Positions 39,400 through 48,524 are shown, counted from the first letter of the stretch. The stretch: DNA of 59,172 bases from Candidatus Xenobia bacterium (GCA_045863235.1 BTUM01000050.1:1-59172); one strand, 5' to 3'. The notes: generated by a model not told the origin, from the letters alone. Numbers and translations are program-made.

Positions 39400-40854
39400 A
39401 TGGCGGCTACAGCGGATATCGGCCTGATCGGCCTGGCGGTGATGGGCCAGAACCTGGTCTTGAACATGAACGACCACGGCTTCACGGTAGCCGTCTTCAA
39501 TCGAACCGTCTCGAAGGTGGACCACTTCCTGGCAAACGAAGCCAAGGGCACGAAGGTCATCGGCACCCACTCGCTCAAAGAGCTGGCCGACGCGCTCAAA
39601 AAGCCCCGCCGGGTGATGCTGATGGTGCAAGCCGGTCCGGCGGTAGACTCTACCATCGAGCAGCTGCTCGAGGTGCTCGAGCCGGGCGACATCATCATCG
39701 ACGGAGGCAACTCCAACTACCAGGACTCGATCCGCCGCTGCGAGATGCTCGAGTCCAAAGGCCTCCTTTTCGTAGGCGCGGGCGTCTCGGGAGGCGAAGA
39801 GGGCGCGCGCAACGGCCCCTCCATCATGCCTGGTGGCTCGCCGGCCGCCTGGGAGCACGTCAAGCCGATCCTCCAGGCCATCGCAGCCAAGGTAGCCGAC
39901 GGCACCCCCTGCTGCGACTGGGTAGGCGAGGGCGGAGCCGGGCACTTCGTCAAGATGGTGCATAACGGCATCGAGTATGGCGACATCCAGCTCATCTGCG
40001 AGGCCTACGACCTGATGGCCAGCGCGCTGGGAATGAAGCCCGACGAGATGAGCCAGGAGTTCGATCGCTGGGACAGGGGCAACCTGGACTCCTTCCTCAT
40101 CCAGATCACCCGCGACATCCTGGCCTTCAAAGATGAGGATGGCTCGCCCATCGTGGACAAGATCCTGGACACCGCCGGCCAGAAGGGCACCGGCAAGTGG
40201 ACGGTGATCAACTCACTCGACCTGGGCGTGCCCCTCACGCTGATCGGTGAGGCAGTCTTTAGCCGCAATCTCTCGGCTCTCAAGGAAGAGCGAGTGGAAG
40301 CGGGCAAGGTCTTGCACGGGCCCGACGCAAAATTCAACGGGGATCGGGCTGCCTTTCTCAAGGACCTCGAGCAGGCTCTCTATGCGGCCAAGATCATCAG
40401 CTACACCCAGGGCTACATGCTGTTCCGTCAGGCCACCGTCGAGTACAAGTGGAACCTGAACTTTGGCGGCATCGCCTTGATGTGGCGCGAAGGATGCATC
40501 ATCCGCTCGGCCTTCCTGGGCAACATCAAGGCGGCCTACGACCGCAATCCCAAGCTGGTCAACCTGCTGCTCGACCCGTACTTCAAGGACGCCGTGCAGA
40601 GCGCGATGCCAGCCTGGCGTCGGGTGGTTTCCAAAGCGGTGGAGCTGGGCATCACCGTGCCTGCTCTGAGCTCGGCTCTGGCCTTCTTCGACGGCTATCG
40701 CCGCGAGCGGCTGCCGGCCAACTTGCTGCAGGCCCAGCGCGACTACTTTGGGGCCCACACCTACGAGCGCGTGGACAAGCCGCGCGGCCAGTTCTTCCAC
40801 ACCAACTGGACCGGCCACGGGGGCGCGGTCACGGCCGGCACCTACAACGCCTGA
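39400..40854 (+). CDS. gnd: 6-phosphogluconate dehydrogenase, NADP-dependent, decarboxylating
   Basis: GLIGLAVMGQNL, VKMVHNGIEYGD, QAQRDYFGAHTY. Confidence 0.97.
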   Translation: MAATADIGLIGLAVMGQNLVLNMNDHGFTVAVFNRTVSKVDHFLANEAKGTKVIGTHSLKELADALKKPRRVMLMVQAGPAVDSTIEQLLEVLEPGDIIIDGGNSNYQDSIRRCEMLESKGLLFVGAGVSGGEEGARNGPSIMPGGSPAAWEHVKPILQAIAAKVADGTPCCDWVGEGGAGHFVKMVHNGIEYGDIQLICEAYDLMASALGMKPDEMSQEFDRWDRGNLDSFLIQITRDILAFKDEDGSPIVDKILDTAGQKGTGKWTVINSLDLGVPLTLIGEAVFSRNLSALKEERVEAGKVLHGPDAKFNGDRAAFLKDLEQALYAAKIISYTQGYMLFRQATVEYKWNLNFGGIALMWREGCIIRSAFLGNIKAAYDRNPKLVNLLLDPYFKDAVQSAMPAWRRVVSKAVELGITVPALSSALAFFDGYRRERLPANLLQAQRDYFGAHTYERVDKPRGQFFHTNWTGHGGAVTAGTYNA

Positions 40855-41432
40855 AGCCAGGGGGCCAGGGCCCGCAAGAACTCGTCTCGCCCGGCGTGGG
40901 TCTCGCAGGAGTAAGTCAGCACGTCGGCGCGGGCCATCTCCAGGCTCCGAGCAGCCTCGCCGACCGCCCGGATCTGCTGCGAGCGTGAGAGCTTATCGGC
41001 CTTGTTGAGCACGATCAGTCGCGGAAGGCCGATCTCAGCCAGAAGTCCCAGCGTCTCAAAATCGATCTTCTGGGGCCCATGGCGGATGTCGAGCAGCACC
41101 ACGGCCAGGCGCAGATTCTCGCGTTTTTGGAGAAACTCGCTCATGGTCTTGCCCCAACGGGCCTGCTCGGTCTTGGAGACCCTGGCGTAGCCGTATCCAG
41201 GCATGTCCACCAACATCCAGTGCTCGTCCACTTTGAAGAAGTTCAGCAGGCGGGTCTTACCAGGGGTGTTGGAAACGCGGGCTAGCTTCTTGTTCATGAG
41301 CAGGCTGTTGACGAAGCTTGACTTGCCCACGTTGGAGCGACCGAGCAGGGCGACCTCGGGCATGCCCTCGAGATTGGGGGCCTGCACCAGGCTGGGAGCG
41401 CTCGTCACGAGCTCGGCCTTCTTGACCTTCAT
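40842..41432 (-). CDS. engB: Ribosome biogenesis GTPase YihA/YsxC
   Basis: GRSNVGKSS, SNTPGKT, DMPGYG, NKAD. Confidence 0.95.
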   Translation of the reverse strand: MKVKKAELVTSAPSLVQAPNLEGMPEVALLGRSNVGKSSFVNSLLMNKKLARVSNTPGKTRLLNFFKVDEHWMLVDMPGYGYARVSKTEQARWGKTMSEFLQKRENLRLAVVLLDIRHGPQKIDFETLGLLAEIGLPRLIVLNKADKLSRSQQIRAVGEAARSLEMARADVLTYSCETHAGRDEFLRALAPWLQAL

Positions 41433-41458
41433 GCCAGCCCTGTTCGGGCCGAGCTAGC

Positions 41459-41740
41459 TCACTCCTTGGGACGAGCCGTTTCACGGCCCATCGAGCCCAC
41501 CACGATGGAGGCGGGCAGGTTCACCGGCGTGAGCACGACGGCCACCACCTCCGCTCCCGAGGCCAGCGTCAGTTTGGCAGTCCCCGTCCTGGAAGTCAGG
41601 CTGGCAGCTACAGATGGAGGCGGTCCGGTGGGAGCCTGGGCTTGCGGCGGAGGCTCTGGCCGCAGCATCCCCGCGCTGACGGCGATCAGACCAAGAATGG
41701 AGGCCAGGAACAGGATGTCCACCCAACGCTTGGCTCGCAT
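41459..41740 (-). CDS. Small membrane-anchored hypothetical protein
   Basis: GGGAGG RBS, N-terminal TM, Pro-rich linker. Confidence 0.6.
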   Translation of the reverse strand: MRAKRWVDILFLASILGLIAVSAGMLRPEPPPQAQAPTGPPPSVAASLTSRTGTAKLTLASGAEVVAVVLTPVNLPASIVVGSMGRETARPKE

Positions 41741-41772
41741 GGCAGTCCTCCCTTTCTCCGATTGGTCGTCAG

Positions 41773-41835
41773 CCTGGCCTTGTTTCTTTCCCCTGGGAAA
41801 GAACCAGGCCAGGTTTCTTTCCCAGGGGAAAGAAA
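41773..41835. repeat. Double palindrome between divergent genes
   Basis: TTCTTTCCC-CT-GGGAAAGAA (41784-41803) and TTTCTTTCCC-AG-GGGAAAGAAA (41814-41835); the two are also inverted copies of each other. Confidence 0.9.
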
Positions 41836-41844
41836 TGCCCGGGC

Positions 41845-42780
41845 ATGAAGAAAACCGCCCTCCTGTTGATTCTAGCTCTCTGCGCGACGGTCCTGGCCAA
41901 TGATCGCTCCCTTTCCGGCGTGGGAGGCTCTCTGGTGGCCACGGGAGGCGAGCATCCCAAGATACAGATGGTGCGCGAGCAGGTTACGCTGGAGGTCTAC
42001 CCACGCTTGATCTTCGCTACGGCCGACTTCACGTTTCGGAACCACGGAGCAGCCACGAGGGTCACCATGGGCTTTCCCGAGAGCGGCTGGGGCGACATCG
42101 ATCCCCACGACTTCGGGAACAAACCAGGGTTTCTCGCCTTTGAGACCTGGGTGGACGGCAAGAAAGTCCAGGCGCGTCGCGAGATCGTACAACTGACCAA
42201 AGACCAGACCTACGAGGCCCACTGGGTGAAGGAGGTGGCCTTCCAGGCCGGCCAACAGCGCCAGGTGCGGGTTCGCTACGTGGCCCCCGTGGGCACCGTC
42301 GCGGGGGGCGAGCACGAGGCCAGCTATACGTTCAGCGGAGGCAACTGGCAGGGAAAGGTGGAGGAGAGCAAGCTGGAGGTGTTCATTCACCCGACCGGCT
42401 TCAAACTTCTCGAAACCTTGCCAGGTCTCAAGTCGGATGGCAGGCGCCTGACCTGGGTGCAGACCGACTGGGAGGCCGAGCAGGTTGCGGGCCTGGTCTA
42501 CACGCCCACCCGGGCAGGCATCTTCCCGGAGAGCGCCGCGCGCGATCTGACCGAGGCCGACCTGACGGGCCGAAGCGCCCGCGAGCTGACCTTGATGCGC
42601 AACGAGATCTTTGCCCGCTATGGCCGCCCGTTCAAGGACGCCGAGCTGCGCAAGCACTTCGAGGCCCAGAGCTGGTATCGCCCCTTCGAGGGCTACCAAG
42701 ACTCGATGCTCTCGGTGATGGAACGCGAGAATGCCGAGCGCATCGCCGCTTATCAGAGCAAACACGGCCTGACCTGGTGA
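41845..42780 (+). CDS. Secreted DUF4424-like plus YARHG domain protein
   Basis: Signal peptide; IQMVREQV...FTFRN...MGFPE; LMRNEIFARYGRPFKD...F...SWY. Confidence 0.85.
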   Translation: MKKTALLLILALCATVLANDRSLSGVGGSLVATGGEHPKIQMVREQVTLEVYPRLIFATADFTFRNHGAATRVTMGFPESGWGDIDPHDFGNKPGFLAFETWVDGKKVQARREIVQLTKDQTYEAHWVKEVAFQAGQQRQVRVRYVAPVGTVAGGEHEASYTFSGGNWQGKVEESKLEVFIHPTGFKLLETLPGLKSDGRRLTWVQTDWEAEQVAGLVYTPTRAGIFPESAARDLTEADLTGRSARELTLMRNEIFARYGRPFKDAELRKHFEAQSWYRPFEGYQDSMLSVMERENAERIAAYQSKHGLTW

Positions 42781-42841
42781 GCTTTAGGCGTGGAGTCACC
42801 CGGGCAGGGACACCTCGGCTCGGCCAGAAGCGCCCGATAGC

Positions 42842-43273
42842 ATGAAGTTTCACCGCGAAACGGACGGTCGGCTGCTGGTCAGCCTGACTCGGGGCGAGCC
42901 GGTACGAGCCAGCCTGGAGCAACTGGCCCTGGAGCAGGGCCTGGTGGCTGCCCAGGTCGTCGCCATCGGAGCCCTGCAAGACCCCGAGCTCGGCTGCTGG
43001 GACCTCGAGCAGAAAACCTACCATAAGCGCGTGCTGAGCGGCGTGTGGGAGCTTCTCAGCCTGCAGGGCAACCTCAGCCTGCACGAGGGAAAGCCCTTCC
43101 TGCACGCTCACGTTCTGCTCTCGGGGGCTGACTACCAGGCGCTGGGAGGGCATTTCTTCGAGGCCCGGGTGGGCGTGGTGTTGGAAATGTTCGTGCTCCC
43201 CTACCCTACTCCGCTCCCCCGCCGTTTCTGCCCCGAGCTCGGCCTGCCGCGCTGGGAGCCGGGTGGGAACTAG
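42842..43273 (+). CDS. PPC/DUF296 domain protein
   Basis: LTRGE, AIGAL, ELLSLQGNL, HAHVLLS...GGH. Confidence 0.9.
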   Translation: MKFHRETDGRLLVSLTRGEPVRASLEQLALEQGLVAAQVVAIGALQDPELGCWDLEQKTYHKRVLSGVWELLSLQGNLSLHEGKPFLHAHVLLSGADYQALGGHFFEARVGVVLEMFVLPYPTPLPRRFCPELGLPRWEPGGN

Positions 43274-43302
43274 AGTTTGCCTTCCCAGGCGATTGCGCGG
43301 CT

Positions 43303-43357
43303 TGTCCGGATGGTCACAACCGGTTCACGTACCCCGCCTGCAGTTCGGTTTATAACT
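43303..43357 (+). promoter_or_regulatory. Promoter ATGGTCACAA-N4-TTCAC-N22-TATAACT with a partial CRP-like site
   Basis: Same spacing as the element at 45454-45501. Confidence 0.6.
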
Positions 43358-43406
43358 GGGCTGCACGAGCAACGAGGAGGACCTCGAGGCTCAGGAGGGA
43401 GACATC

Positions 43407-43715
43407 ATGACCATAGCCACCGCTCCGCAGGTCGGGGGATTCTCCGGGCTGCTGCGGGGGAGCTCGTCGTTCTCGACGTCGAGCGCGTCTGTGGACACCT
43501 ACGGGCCCTCCAATCCCACTTCCCTGGAAGGTCTCTACACCAGGCCGACCTTCACCCAGGGCAAGCGGGAAGCCATGTCGATGGCGGGCGTAGGCGTAAT
43601 GATGACCGGTATCATGGTGGGGGCGGCTCTGGGGAGTCCCTGGGGTCCCCCAGTCATGATCGGGTCAATGTTCGCCGGTCTGGCACTCATGGCGGCGGCC
43701 CGGGAGAGCCATTAG
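43407..43715 (+). CDS. Small orphan, Ser-rich N-terminus and C-terminal hydrophobic hairpin
   Basis: GGAGG RBS; contains VDTYGPSNPTSLEGLY; followed by a hairpin. Confidence 0.75.
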   Translation: MTIATAPQVGGFSGLLRGSSSFSTSSASVDTYGPSNPTSLEGLYTRPTFTQGKREAMSMAGVGVMMTGIMVGAALGSPWGPPVMIGSMFAGLALMAAARESH

Positions 43716-43725
43716 ACACCCCGCG

Positions 43726-43762
43726 CGAGGTGACGATCCGGCCCGTCCGGATCGTCACCTCG
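43726..43762 (+). terminator. Perfect 16-bp stem hairpin, no U-tract
   Basis: CGAGGTGACGATCCGG-CCCGT-CCGGATCGTCACCTCG, 10 nt after the 43715 stop. Confidence 0.6.
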
Positions 43763-43862
43763 AGGGGGCCATCTGTCTTCCGGAAAAACCGAGAAACTTT
43801 TCCTGACCTCCCCGGTTGGATGGTCAGATGGAGTGTCCATCTGCCATGCAAGGGAGGTTCTT

Positions 43863-44513
43863 TTGTTAACCAGTGTGCTCACTGCCCCGATTCCGCTGGT
43901 CAAGCGCAGGGCTGAAGTGACCGAACGCGCCCTGACGAGCGACCAGGAAGACGTCCTCTGGATGCAGCAGGTGAAGGCGGGCAATTCAGAGGCCTTCAGC
44001 AACATCATCCGGAAATACCAGAAGACGGTGCTGAATCTGACCTATCGCTTCACCGGCGACCCCGTCGAGGCCGAGGATCTGGCCCAGGAGGTCTTTCTGC
44101 GCGTCTATCGCGCCGCCGACCGCTTCGAGGCCCGGGCCAAGTTCTTCACCTACCTCTACCAGGTCACCTTGAACCTCTGCCGCAACGAGCGCGCCAAAGT
44201 GCGCCACAAACGCAACACCAGCCTGGATGCCCCCATGAAAGAGGGAGAGCCCGACAGCCTGCGCCAGATCCAGGACCCGGCCGGCTCGGCCGAGGAGCTG
44301 CTCACCCGCCAGGAGTTGGGGGATGTGGTGCGCGAAGCGGTGCTCTCGCTGCCGGAAGACCAGCGGGAAGCCGTCATGATGCAGCGCTTCCAGGACCTGT
44401 CCTATGAGGAGATCGCCGAGATTCTGAAACTCTCGGTCCCGGCCGTCAAATCGCGATTACACCGGGCCAAACTGGCCCTCAAGGAGAAGCTGTCCCCGTA
44501 TTTGAAGGGGTAA
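43863..44513 (+). CDS. ECF sigma-70 factor
   Basis: AEDLAQEVFLRVY, FFTYLYQVTLN, LSYEEIAEIL..AVKSRLHRA; GGAGG before TTG 43863 (start uncertain). Confidence 0.92.
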   Translation: MLTSVLTAPIPLVKRRAEVTERALTSDQEDVLWMQQVKAGNSEAFSNIIRKYQKTVLNLTYRFTGDPVEAEDLAQEVFLRVYRAADRFEARAKFFTYLYQVTLNLCRNERAKVRHKRNTSLDAPMKEGEPDSLRQIQDPAGSAEELLTRQELGDVVREAVLSLPEDQREAVMMQRFQDLSYEEIAEILKLSVPAVKSRLHRAKLALKEKLSPYLKG

Positions 44514-44522
44514 AGGAAAAGC

Positions 44523-45071
44523 ATGAACTGCCAGGACTTTCAAGACCGCCTCTCTGAATTCACCGACGGCACCCTCGAGCCGGCCGAGCGCCAGGCGTTC
44601 TGTGCCCACCGTGACGTTTGCGAGGCCTGCCGTGAGGAGCTGAGCCTGTTCGAGAGCGCTCTGTCGGCAGTGGACTCGGCCTGGCCCGAGCTCGAGCCCT
44701 CCCCCACCTTCGTGGCCCAGGTCTGGGAGCGCATTCGCCAGGAGCCTGCCCCGAAGCCCGGTTGGCGCGAAGTGCTGGCAGGCTTCTTCCGGCCCCAGGT
44801 GACGTTGGCGCTGGCTTCCATGGTGGTGGTGCTGGCGCTGGTGGGCTACCCGGCCCTGCGCGACTACCACCAGGGCCAAAATCTGGTGGAGGTGACTTAC
44901 AGCGAGGTGCTTCCGGAGACCCGCTTGACCGAGGTGGATATGCTGCCGGCCGTTCCTGACCCCGAGCTTCTGGCACTGATCGAGGAGGACGAGATCTCCC
45001 TGCCCGACTTCAGTGGCCTGGGCGAGTCCGGCCCGAAGGAGGACGACCTGGACTGGCTGGAGAGGCTGTGA
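44523..45071 (+). CDS. Zinc-binding (ZAS, zf-HC2) anti-sigma factor
   Basis: MNC...HRDVCEAC, single TM, acidic tail. Confidence 0.88.
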   Translation: MNCQDFQDRLSEFTDGTLEPAERQAFCAHRDVCEACREELSLFESALSAVDSAWPELEPSPTFVAQVWERIRQEPAPKPGWREVLAGFFRPQVTLALASMVVVLALVGYPALRDYHQGQNLVEVTYSEVLPETRLTEVDMLPAVPDPELLALIEEDEISLPDFSGLGESGPKEDDLDWLERL

Positions 45072-45451
45072 CCGGTCGACGCCTTCTGCTCGTTTTGCTG
45101 GTGGCGTGGTTGCTGGCCCCGGCGGCAGCGCAAGACCCCCTTGACCCGCCCGAACGGCCCCTGCGCCTGACCGCCTCTCAGCGCCAGCAGCTGCGCGAGG
45201 TTCGTAATCGATACAAGCTGCTGCGAGGGCCCATCCAGACCCAGGTCAAAGCCAAGCGGCTTGAGCTTTTGCAGCTCCTGGCCCAGGATCAGCCCGACAA
45301 AGGGGCAGTGAACGCCAAGGTGCGCGAGATCAACGACTTACAGATGCAGATCAACCAGAGCGTCGTCGACGAGCTGTTCGAGATTCGTTCGATCTTGCCG
45401 CCCGAGATCTGGAAAAAGCTGCGCTCGCGCATGATCGACGAGATGCTGTGA
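45068..45451 (+). CDS. Periplasmic Spy/CpxP/ZraP-like helical sensor
   Basis: Signal peptide, LRLTASQ, PDKGAVNAK..EI..LQ, RSILPPE; third gene of the ECF operon. Confidence 0.8.
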   Translation: MTGRRLLLVLLVAWLLAPAAAQDPLDPPERPLRLTASQRQQLREVRNRYKLLRGPIQTQVKAKRLELLQLLAQDQPDKGAVNAKVREINDLQMQINQSVVDELFEIRSILPPEIWKKLRSRMIDEML

Positions 45452-45501
45452 GAATGGTCACAAAATATTCATCTTCCCGCCCGGCTGCCTGCAGTATCAC
45501 T
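45447..45501 (+). promoter_or_regulatory. Consensus CRP-type site TGTGA-N6-TCACA (45447-45462) and TATCAC -10 box (45495)
   Basis: TGTGAgaatggTCACA seen directly. Confidence 0.6.
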
Positions 45502-45607
45502 GTAGCAGAACGAGTTGGCCGGGAGCCGCGAAGCCGACTCGACTGGTCCCGCGAGAGCGAGGCCAAGCAAGAAACCGCGGCCTGAACCCCAGTGAGGACA
45601 AACAACT

Positions 45608-45712
45608 ATGGATACCCGGTCCCAAAACAGCGAGCCGTCTGCAGACACCTGCGGGCCCTCGAATCCAAGCGCCCTCGACGGCATCTACTGGTTGCGGCGC
45701 TCGAGCCGCTGA
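45608..45712 (+). CDS. 34-aa small protein, paralogous in part to 43407..43715
   Basis: GAGGA RBS; MDTRSQNSEPSADTCGPSNPSALDGIYWLRRSSR; below the ORF-track length cutoff. Confidence 0.6.
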   Translation: MDTRSQNSEPSADTCGPSNPSALDGIYWLRRSSR

Positions 45713-45717
45713 CCTGA

Positions 45718-45749
45718 AAGCGTCGCCATCCGTGCGGCGCTTCTTTGTT
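45718..45749 (+). terminator. Intrinsic terminator candidate
   Basis: AAGCGTCGC-CATCCGT-GCGGCGCTT followed by CTTTGTT. Confidence 0.55.
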
Positions 45750-47857
45750 CATGGCTGGCGTTCGCGCAGCACTTCCCACACCTTCTCGGGCTGGCTCTTG
45801 CCCTTGAACAGCTCCTCGCCAAAGAACTCGAACTCGAACTCGCCGCGGGTGGCTTCGTAGGTGGGCTGGCTCACCAGGATGTCGGTGTGCTTGCCGTCGC
45901 GGGAGCGGTCCTGAATGCGGGCAGCCAGGTTGACGGTATCTCCGATCACGGCCCTCTTGGCCCGCTCCTCCATCCCGATGTTGCCGTCCACCAGAAGTCC
46001 GGTGTTGAGGCCGATCCCCTGACGCATTGCCTTCACTTCGGGGTGAGCCGAGGAATCCTGAAAGACCTGGAGCTCGCGGTGCATGGCCAGGGCAGCCCGC
46101 ACCGACTGGACGGCACCGCTCGCGCCGTCCTCACGGTCGCGAAAGACGGCCAGAATGGCGTCACCGATGTACTCGTAGATGGAGCCGTTGTTCTGCAGCA
46201 CCACCGCCGTCATGCGCTTGAGGTACTCGCCCAGGATCTCCACCAGCTCGCTTGGATCGAGCCGTTCGGAAAGCGAAGTGAAGCCGCGCAGGTCGCTGAA
46301 CATGACCGTGGCCGTGACACGCTGGGCCTGCCCGAGCACCAGACGCCCCTCCTGGGCCACCTCGGCCCGGGTCTCCTCGGGCACGAACTTCTCCAGCACG
46401 TCCTTCTGGCGTAGCCCGGCGACCATCTGGTTGAAAGCCTCGCCGGCCTCCATGATCTCCCGGCTCCCTTCCGGCTCGGCCGGAGACAGGTCGCCCTGCT
46501 CGACCACCCGGCGCATCTTGCTGGCCAGCATCAGGATGGGTCCGGTGATGTGACGCGACACCGGCCGGGCCAGAAAAATCCCCAGCAAGGCCGCCAGCCC
46601 CCCCACGCCCAGGATGAAGAGCTGCTGGTTGAGGGCCGCTGCAGCCACTTCGGTGGTGGGCTTCAGCAGGACAACCCAGCCCAGCACCGGCCCCACCTTG
46701 TCGGTCTTAGGCTGGGAGGCGTCGGTGGGAACGGGCGGGGCCGGGCGCGCCTTGACCTCCAGCGAGACCGCTTCCTCCATCGCCTGAGGAGAATCGACCA
46801 GGGGCTGAGCCAGCAGCGCATATTCCGTCCCGGCCAGAGTGACGTTCTTGACCTCGGAGGGGTAATCGACCGGTAGCCAGCCTTGATCTGGCAGGGAAAC
46901 AGCACTCGAGCGGGCCAACTCGGTTCCCAGGCGAATGGTGCCAGGCTGGACACTGCCGTAGTGATACATCAGCGAGAGATTGTCTTGAGACGACTGGTGC
47001 TTGAACTCCGCCGGGGGAAGGTAGCCATTCTCAAAGCCCCCGCCGGATAGAATCATACAGGCGCAGTCGAAGATGCGCCCGGTTCGCGTGGCCGTTTGCA
47101 GTCCAATCCGCTCACCGAGCAGCAGCACGCCCGCGTTTCGCCCATACTGGTAGGGAACGGCCACCATGTTGTAAATCTGGCCATCGGGATACCTCTGATA
47201 GGAGCGATAGGGTGCCTGATTCTCCAGGGCCGCCACCACCAGACTGGATTCATGCAGCGCCAGCGCATCCGGACGGGGATTATCGCTGGCCGAGAGGGGA
47301 AGCCTGATGGTCACACGCCCGATCAGCTCGGGAGCTTTCGGATCGTGCTCCGATACCATCTGGAACCAGGCCCGACCGTAGTCGTCCACCAGCACAAGAA
47401 GGTCGGCCTTGCTGGCAAAGCCGTACAACCCGTCCGGGGCATCGGAGATGTCCTGTCGAAGCAAGATGCGCTGGGCCTGCTCCCAGAGATTGTTCAGCTT
47501 CTCCGAGCGAATGCGGTCGAGGCGCTGCTGGATCTCTGGCGTCGGCTTGAGCAACTCCTCCTCAGAAAGCTCATCCAGAGCCTCGAGCATGGCAGTGCCG
47601 TCGCGGACCACGCAGAGCTGAAAGTTGCTGTCCTGGACGATCAACTGGCCCAGATCGGCCAGGCCGTTGGCGGTCGCTCGCTGGGCCTCAAGAAAGGGCT
47701 CCATCTTCAACTGGTCGCGCACAGCCTTGCTGAAAGCGGGAATGGTGACCCAGAAGATCCCCCCGAAGAGAGCGATCACGGCCACCACCATGACCACCAG
47801 GATGGCCTGAGTCAGTTCGCTGCGCAGCGAGCGCGGCCTTTTCCGATGGGCGGCCAA
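45749..47857 (-). CDS. Membrane sensor class III adenylate/guanylate cyclase with HAMP domain
   Basis: Two TMs, HAMP, VMFSDLRGFT, YIGDAILAVF, IGDTVNLAARIQ. Confidence 0.92.
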   Translation of the reverse strand: MAAHRKRPRSLRSELTQAILVVMVVAVIALFGGIFWVTIPAFSKAVRDQLKMEPFLEAQRATANGLADLGQLIVQDSNFQLCVVRDGTAMLEALDELSEEELLKPTPEIQQRLDRIRSEKLNNLWEQAQRILLRQDISDAPDGLYGFASKADLLVLVDDYGRAWFQMVSEHDPKAPELIGRVTIRLPLSASDNPRPDALALHESSLVVAALENQAPYRSYQRYPDGQIYNMVAVPYQYGRNAGVLLLGERIGLQTATRTGRIFDCACMILSGGGFENGYLPPAEFKHQSSQDNLSLMYHYGSVQPGTIRLGTELARSSAVSLPDQGWLPVDYPSEVKNVTLAGTEYALLAQPLVDSPQAMEEAVSLEVKARPAPPVPTDASQPKTDKVGPVLGWVVLLKPTTEVAAAALNQQLFILGVGGLAALLGIFLARPVSRHITGPILMLASKMRRVVEQGDLSPAEPEGSREIMEAGEAFNQMVAGLRQKDVLEKFVPEETRAEVAQEGRLVLGQAQRVTATVMFSDLRGFTSLSERLDPSELVEILGEYLKRMTAVVLQNNGSIYEYIGDAILAVFRDREDGASGAVQSVRAALAMHRELQVFQDSSAHPEVKAMRQGIGLNTGLLVDGNIGMEERAKRAVIGDTVNLAARIQDRSRDGKHTDILVSQPTYEATRGEFEFEFFGEELFKGKSQPEKVWEVLRERQP

Positions 47858-47861
47858 GGGC

Positions 47862-48524
47862 CTAGAGGTTGACGTCCTGAGTGACCGTTCCGGTTGCGGG
47901 CACCTTGACCGTCACGGTCTTGGATTCGGCGCGGGGGTGCCAGAATCGAACCTGGTAGGTTCCGGCGGGCAGGCCCGAGATTTTGTATTTTCCCTTGCCG
48001 TCAGCCTGGGCGAAGAAATTGTTGGGTGCCACCACGATGTAGCCATTCATGCGGGGATGCAGGCCGCAGAAGATCTCGAGTGCGTTGGGTTCGGTAAACT
48101 GGTCTTCCCGGAACTTGCCCCGATAGCGCCCGATGTCGAAAGCGCCTGGCTCGCTGACGCTGTAGACGTTGTGCTCGAAGTCGTCTTGATTGACAAACCG
48201 GATGGTCGAGCCTTTGGGAATCACCAGCACGTGGGGGCTGAAGGTCTTGTTCTTCTGAACCAGATCGACCTTGCGGGGTGTGGAAGGTAGTTTGTCTCCC
48301 AGCACTTCGATGACGGTGTACTCGTTTTCGTTGACGCCCTTCGGCACCTCGGCATCCTTGTCGTAGTCAGCGCCCCAGTCTTTGGAGGGGCGTATCTTCT
48401 TCTTGCCTACCGCCCTCTCTTTGACGGGCGAGGTCAGCTTGACCGTGCCCACGATGTCTCCGGCCTGAGCCTCGAGGCCGGTCCCGATCAGTGCGACCAG
48501 ACAGAAGATGGCGAATCGCGTCAT
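47862..48524 (-). CDS. Secreted cupredoxin-like plus carboxypeptidase-regulatory-like domain protein
   Basis: Signal peptide; FSPHVLV, FVNQD..HNVYS, IFCGLHPRM, GLPAGTYQV.FWHP. Confidence 0.85.
   Translation of the reverse strand: MTRFAIFCLVALIGTGLEAQAGDIVGTVKLTSPVKERAVGKKKIRPSKDWGADYDKDAEVPKGVNENEYTVIEVLGDKLPSTPRKVDLVQKNKTFSPHVLVIPKGSTIRFVNQDDFEHNVYSVSEPGAFDIGRYRGKFREDQFTEPNALEIFCGLHPRMNGYIVVAPNNFFAQADGKGKYKISGLPAGTYQVRFWHPRAESKTVTVKVPATGTVTQDVNL

Noticed and set aside
43726..43762. 16-bp inverted repeat as MITE/IS end
   Set aside because: Single copy in the window, directly after a stop codon; a 3' hairpin is simpler.
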